DNA of 64,000 nucleotides from a virus. Lineage: Duplodnaviria; Heunggongvirae; Uroviricota; Caudoviricetes. The position numbers and the translations under genes were made by a program. The DNA lies in IMG/VR virus record IMGVR_UViG_3300043418_000226; one strand, given 5' to 3'. A model generated the notes under the pieces. It had not been told where the DNA came from. It saw only the letters and a program-made list of their open reading frames with translations, and ran no database searches. Shown here in pieces: positions 59,511-64,000 of this stretch (positions are counted from its first letter, which is position 1; every line of letters begins with the position of its first letter).

Positions 59511-60251
59511 ATGAATAACATTGGATTTGGTATATTTTGTTTTGGTGAAAACTATTATTATCGGGGTACTTTTGAAAAAATTGATAAGATTTTGGAAGAA
59601 GGTTACCCCGTTTATATATTAACAGAATCATCCGAAATATTCGAAGAGAAATATACCAACAAACAAATACAGTTAATACCGTATACTCGAGAAATTAAGT
59701 CTTACCACGATAAAATGATTCTCCCAAAACACATCCTTAAAAATCACGATATTAGTATTTTAATAGATGCCGACACACATATTACCGATTACACATTTTT
59801 AGAACAATTAAAAGAATATCCTTTTAAAAAGGGGATTACCTATGTCGATACTTTATTAAACCATTCCGCGAAACGTGAATTTATTAGGGAATTAATTAAT
59901 AACAACCAAGAATGGAAATTATATAACGAATCGGCCGAAAAAATATGTCCTTCTTATTCTAATTTTGAAACGATATGGGAATATTTCTTAGTTGTTAATA
60001 AGGAAGGTTTCGATAGTTTAAATTTTTATAAAATATACGAGAAATTACAACTTATAAAGGAGTACTCTGATTTAGAATACAATAAAAATGTTATTGGCGC
60101 CGGTGAAGGAATTACTATTCAGATTAGTTCCAATTTATCTAACACAACAATACAAAAAGACTTAAATTTATATGAAATAATTAAAGATAAGATGTTAAGT
60201 GTCAGTAGAAGACACACACCACATCATCTTTGGCCAAATTGGATGAAATAA
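59511..60251 (+). CDS. Putative GT-A fold glycosyltransferase
   Basis: Beta strand GFGIFCFG..Y, VYILTE, and ILIDADT (DxD motif); start reassigned to ATG 59511. Confidence 0.5.
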   Translation: MNNIGFGIFCFGENYYYRGTFEKIDKILEEGYPVYILTESSEIFEEKYTNKQIQLIPYTREIKSYHDKMILPKHILKNHDISILIDADTHITDYTFLEQLKEYPFKKGITYVDTLLNHSAKREFIRELINNNQEWKLYNESAEKICPSYSNFETIWEYFLVVNKEGFDSLNFYKIYEKLQLIKEYSDLEYNKNVIGAGEGITIQISSNLSNTTIQKDLNLYEIIKDKMLSVSRRHTPHHLWPNWMK

Positions 60252-60979
60252 TGGTAAACGAAGAATACATAAAGAAATTTATTACAACAAATGATGGAGA
60301 ACCGGTTCCATATCGTTGGACACACGGTGCAACCGATTTACACGTAGGTGATGGAATTATGGTATATTCACTCATCCAACAACTAAGAGCTAAACAGTGT
60401 GTCTGTATTGGGTCCGGAGGTGGGTTTATACCACGTATCATAACACAAGCAAGAGTTGACCTTCACAAACAAGGAATTTTTGAGGGTGATAGTGACTTTA
60501 ATTGGGGTGACATCGGCGCAACTTATGTTGTTGATGCGTGTAACGGTGTTGGAGGACCTAATGATTTGGAAAATGAAGAATCGTTTTATAGAACACACTT
60601 TTTCCCACGTTTTATTAAATCAACATCCGAAGAGGCGTTCCATGATTTTTTTGTTCGTCAGGACATTAAAATTGATTTTCTTTTTATTGACGGTGACCAC
60701 TCATATGAAGGAGTAAAAAAAGATTTTGAACTATATTCAACTATATTATCAGATAATGGTATAATAGTTATACATGATACTGATGAAAAATACGAAGAAA
60801 CGTTAATTGTTTCTGAAGACGCAAAAAAAGACCACTACAGATTTGACGGACCATCTAAGTTTGTTAAAGAATTACAAAAAAACCCTAACTATAATTTGAT
60901 TAATTTGTTTAATTTTCGTATATTATCAACAAAACCAACCTCAAGTGGTTTAACGATAATAAACAAAAAACATGATTAA
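60251..60979 (+). CDS. Class I SAM-dependent methyltransferase (Methyltransf_24-like)
   Basis: CIGSGGG, FLFIDGDHSYEGVKKDF, GIIVIHDT; TAATG overlap suggests the start is 60251. Confidence 0.85.
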   Translation: MVNEEYIKKFITTNDGEPVPYRWTHGATDLHVGDGIMVYSLIQQLRAKQCVCIGSGGGFIPRIITQARVDLHKQGIFEGDSDFNWGDIGATYVVDACNGVGGPNDLENEESFYRTHFFPRFIKSTSEEAFHDFFVRQDIKIDFLFIDGDHSYEGVKKDFELYSTILSDNGIIVIHDTDEKYEETLIVSEDAKKDHYRFDGPSKFVKELQKNPNYNLINLFNFRILSTKPTSSGLTIINKKHD

Positions 60980-61829
60980 ATTAGTTACGGTTGTCGGTCA
61001 CGGGACCAATTTATTACCACACTTTATTAAACATTACTTACAATATGTTGATGAAATTTATATTGTGGCATATATTACCGACAACTCCCCAAATTTAAAG
61101 AATGAGATATTAAACGTAACTCACAATTACAAGAATGTGGTTATGTGTGACGTTGTAAGGGACCGTAGTTTTGATTGGAATAAAGTAACACAATTATATA
61201 ATCAAGTTAAATTAAAATATCCAAATGATTGGTGGGTTGTTGCGGATATTGACGAACTACAATTGTACCCAAACAATGATTTAAAATCTTTAATATCCGA
61301 ATGTGATAAAAATGGATGGGATTTAGTAAGAGGTGGGTTTATAGATAGGGTCGGAATAGATGGGGAATTTCCTGAAATAAAAGAAGATATTTCACTATTC
61401 GAACAATTCCCAAATGCCGGTTTTTTTAGATACCCATTAAGTAATGCGTGTCCAAATAAGGTATGTGTAATGAAAGGCTATGTAGAAATTACGTCGGGCC
61501 AACATTATGCTAAACTTAATGGTCAAACAACTTGGAGATGGCAGGGATGGAACCACCCACTAATTGCTCCACATAACTTATACTCGGTTCAGGTACACCA
61601 TTTTAAGTGGGATAAAACATGTATAGATAGAATTAAGTCTGTCGTGGACGTAAATGAAGAATATGCGTACTCAACTGAGTACGAAATTATGTATAAAAAT
61701 TTAAGAAAACATCGATATAAAATTGACATAAATAATCCCGAATTTCAATTTGAAAATGGTAAAAATGTGTCCACATTTGATGGATATAAAAATTGGAATA
61801 AATTAATAAATAAAATAGTATCAATATGA
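60972..61829 (+). CDS. Glycosyltransferase, GT2/GT92-like (Glyco_tranf_2_4 type)
   Basis: LLPHFIKHY..YVDEIYI...WWVVADIDE...NK...GQH...VHHFKW. Confidence 0.75.
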   Translation: MIKLVTVVGHGTNLLPHFIKHYLQYVDEIYIVAYITDNSPNLKNEILNVTHNYKNVVMCDVVRDRSFDWNKVTQLYNQVKLKYPNDWWVVADIDELQLYPNNDLKSLISECDKNGWDLVRGGFIDRVGIDGEFPEIKEDISLFEQFPNAGFFRYPLSNACPNKVCVMKGYVEITSGQHYAKLNGQTTWRWQGWNHPLIAPHNLYSVQVHHFKWDKTCIDRIKSVVDVNEEYAYSTEYEIMYKNLRKHRYKIDINNPEFQFENGKNVSTFDGYKNWNKLINKIVSI

Positions 61830-62020
61830 CAACAGAAGAAAAAGAAGCTTTAGAACTAAGAAAAGTGAAGGCGTTAGAAAAAATTGCGAACTCAGTAGAC
61901 GCATTAACAATATGGTTTGAGGAAGTAGATAAAACCGAATGGAGTGAAAGAATTCAATATTACCTTTCCGAATGGCATCGAACATCAATAAAATCAAAAG
62001 AGGAACCATTAAATGAATAA
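61826..62020 (+). CDS. Small hypothetical protein
   Basis: 64-aa helical ORF overlapping both neighbours. Confidence 0.6.
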   Translation: MTTEEKEALELRKVKALEKIANSVDALTIWFEEVDKTEWSERIQYYLSEWHRTSIKSKEEPLNE

Positions 62021-63428
62021 TAAACCTAAATTAGGTGTTATTGTACCCTATAGACATAGGGAACCACAATTACCTGAATTTATCGATAGAATAACGGAAC
62101 ACCTAAATAAACAAGATATCCCACATGAGATTATTATCGTTGAACAGGACGATGGGAAACAATTTAATCGTGGAATGTTATTAAACATAGGATTTAAACA
62201 ATCAAAACAAATGAGATGTGACTATGTGGTATTTCATGACGTTGATATGTTACCGTTAGATGTTGATTATTCATATTCAGAAGTACCCTTACATTTGGCA
62301 ACCAATTTTGAAGGGGAAAAAAAGGTAGTTTTTGACGAATATTTCGGAGGTGTTACAATGTTTCCATCTAAACTATTTGAAAAGATGGACGGATATTCAA
62401 ACAAATATTGGGGGTGGGGTTACGAAGACACTGACTTATTGTTTAGATGTAAACAATACGAAATACCACTTAATACACAGAAAATAAAAAACCAAGGAAG
62501 AAAAGGAAAGGCACTTAGATTTTATGGTAAGAATTCAAAAGTAATTTGTGATAACATAATTGATTTCAACTCAAATGCGACGTTCTTTATATCATTCAAT
62601 CCCGATGACGTGGAATTTAATCATTTGAAACCGTCCGACGAATTTACTGTGTTCAGTATACCGGGATACGACTTTGCAATTTGTTTTAACTCATTTTTAA
62701 GATATAATTTCTGTATGTTTGACAATAAAATGGAACCATTTTACGTTAATTCAAACATTAAAACAAACTATAAAACAAATATGGTTGTTACTCTTGATAG
62801 GTTAGATAACATTATTAAAGTATACCAAGATGGGGTTTTTATAGGTGAAACCAGTGGATTTAGAAAATTATATTTTTATAAAAAAGAACCTAAATTTTAT
62901 TTGGGAGTAGGAAAACCAGATAGGGAAGAAACTCAGAATTATTATAGAGGTACGATTGACTCGTTTGCATATTTTGATGACATCTTAAGCGAAAAAGAAA
63001 TATTCGAAATCTCATCAAATTCAACTAATTTATTGAGTAATAATTTTGGTAATTATAAATCGTCACGTTCATTAAAAACTTACTACGATGCCAATCATAT
63101 TAGTAACTATAAACTAATTGATTTATCGGGTAATCATAATGACGGTGTAATAAAAGATTGTGCAATTCAAAATGAAGAATACGACGAATATAAAGAAATA
63201 AAAATACCGTTTAGAAGAGTATCAAAATTCCAATCGTTACCACACGAAGAGAATGGATTTTTAGGTAATAAATGGAAAGACCAAGCAACAAGATGGAACC
63301 AATTAAGGTATCAGAATGAAGTTTACAAAAATAATTTAATCGATAATGACGGAATGTCAACATTGAAATTCACACTCCATGGTAAAACCAAAGAGGGGAA
63401 TGTAACAACACTTAACGTAGGTTTATGA
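62013..63428 (+). CDS. GT7 (beta-1,4-galactosyltransferase family) glycosyltransferase with inserted LamG domain
   Basis: VIVPYR, FNRGMLLNIGF, FHDVDMLP, FGGV, WGWGYED; LamG YQDG...LG...YRGTIDSFAYFDDILSEKEI; GT7 tail resumes ...LPH...N..RY...DGMSTLKF. Confidence 0.88.
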   Translation: MNNKPKLGVIVPYRHREPQLPEFIDRITEHLNKQDIPHEIIIVEQDDGKQFNRGMLLNIGFKQSKQMRCDYVVFHDVDMLPLDVDYSYSEVPLHLATNFEGEKKVVFDEYFGGVTMFPSKLFEKMDGYSNKYWGWGYEDTDLLFRCKQYEIPLNTQKIKNQGRKGKALRFYGKNSKVICDNIIDFNSNATFFISFNPDDVEFNHLKPSDEFTVFSIPGYDFAICFNSFLRYNFCMFDNKMEPFYVNSNIKTNYKTNMVVTLDRLDNIIKVYQDGVFIGETSGFRKLYFYKKEPKFYLGVGKPDREETQNYYRGTIDSFAYFDDILSEKEIFEISSNSTNLLSNNFGNYKSSRSLKTYYDANHISNYKLIDLSGNHNDGVIKDCAIQNEEYDEYKEIKIPFRRVSKFQSLPHEENGFLGNKWKDQATRWNQLRYQNEVYKNNLIDNDGMSTLKFTLHGKTKEGNVTTLNVGL

Positions 63429-64000
63429 GTCATAAATTAGGTATCTGCATACCGTATAGAAATAGAAAAGAACATATTGATAGATTAATTCCACATTTAT
63501 CGAAACATTTAGATAATCAAGGAATTGATTATAAATTCTATGTCGGACATCAAGTAGATGATAAGTTATTCAACAGGGGAATGATGAAGAATATTGCTGC
63601 ACAATATGCATTTAACGATGGATGTGACTACATTGCATGGCACGATGTGGATATGTTACCAAATTTAGAATGTGATTATTCATATCCTGAAGAAACCCCA
63701 TTACACATTGCGACTAAACTATCAAAATATAATTACGGATTAGGTTATGACCAATATTTTGGTGGGGTAGTTTTATTTACAAAAGAACAGGTAGAAAAAA
63801 CAAACGGTTATTCCAACGAATATTGGGATTGGGGACAGGAAGATGATGATTTATTTTGGAGAGCTTATTATGAAGGTTATACAACTGGTGAAGTATTCAA
63901 AACGTACGAAAATAAAACAGTGGCAAATTTTAATGGTAACGACTCAAGTTTAGTTATCCCAACCAATCGGGAAATATCGTCCTGTTTACACAATGACCAT
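63425..64000 (+). CDS. Second GT7 glycosyltransferase (3'-truncated by window edge; not in ORF track)
   Basis: MSHKLGICIPYRNR...HQVDDKLFNRG...DYIAWHDVDMLP...YFGGVVLF...WDWGQEDDDL, then ANFNG..S suggesting the start of LamG. Confidence 0.88.
   Translation, partial: MSHKLGICIPYRNRKEHIDRLIPHLSKHLDNQGIDYKFYVGHQVDDKLFNRGMMKNIAAQYAFNDGCDYIAWHDVDMLPNLECDYSYPEETPLHIATKLSKYNYGLGYDQYFGGVVLFTKEQVEKTNGYSNEYWDWGQEDDDLFWRAYYEGYTTGEVFKTYENKTVANFNGNDSSLVIPTNREISSCLHNDH

Noticed and set aside
1-64000. tRNA or rRNA genes
   Set aside because: No intergenic space with a cloverleaf, T-loop GTTCRA plus D-loop, or rRNA signature was recognised; tRNAscan-SE would settle it.

Overview
AT-rich, densely coded 64-kb segment, almost entirely on the + strand, from a large contractile-tailed (T4-like/jumbo) phage. 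The host is most likely Bacteroidota: the window has a Bacteroidota-type primary sigma factor without region 1.1, a TAnnTTTG promoter box, SprB-like repeats, an Hc1-like histone protein and a signal peptide followed by Gln. Gene order: class Ia ribonucleotide reductase (nrdB partial, nrdA); a baseplate/tail module (gp25-, gp6/J-, gp7/P2-I- and tail-collar-like genes) carrying five Pro/Thr mucin-like tracts and an apparently inserted accessory cassette; recombination/replication genes (RuvC-like, primase, PD-(D/E)XK nuclease, Mre11, Rad50); ClpP; a membrane/lysis-like cluster with the sigma factor and a degenerate amidase; acidic head-interior-like proteins; Dam-family methylase, AAA ATPase, thioredoxin and glutaredoxin; three paralogous fibre genes with LamG and glycine-rich proteins; and a glycosyltransferase/methyltransferase cluster running off the right end. 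Best candidate for a new system: phage-encoded virion O-glycosylation, combining two beta4GalT7-like GT7 enzymes (one with a LamG lectin inserted in its catalytic domain), a dispersed [S/T]-G-x-T motif concentrated in virion proteins, and mucin-like stalks. Other strong signals are a dnaX-style -1 frameshift site at 39279, a re-partitioned Mre11/Rad50 pair, a TATTTAT late-promoter motif and a small structured intergenic RNA candidate. All assignments come from motif recognition by eye; no database search was run and motif counts are by hand.
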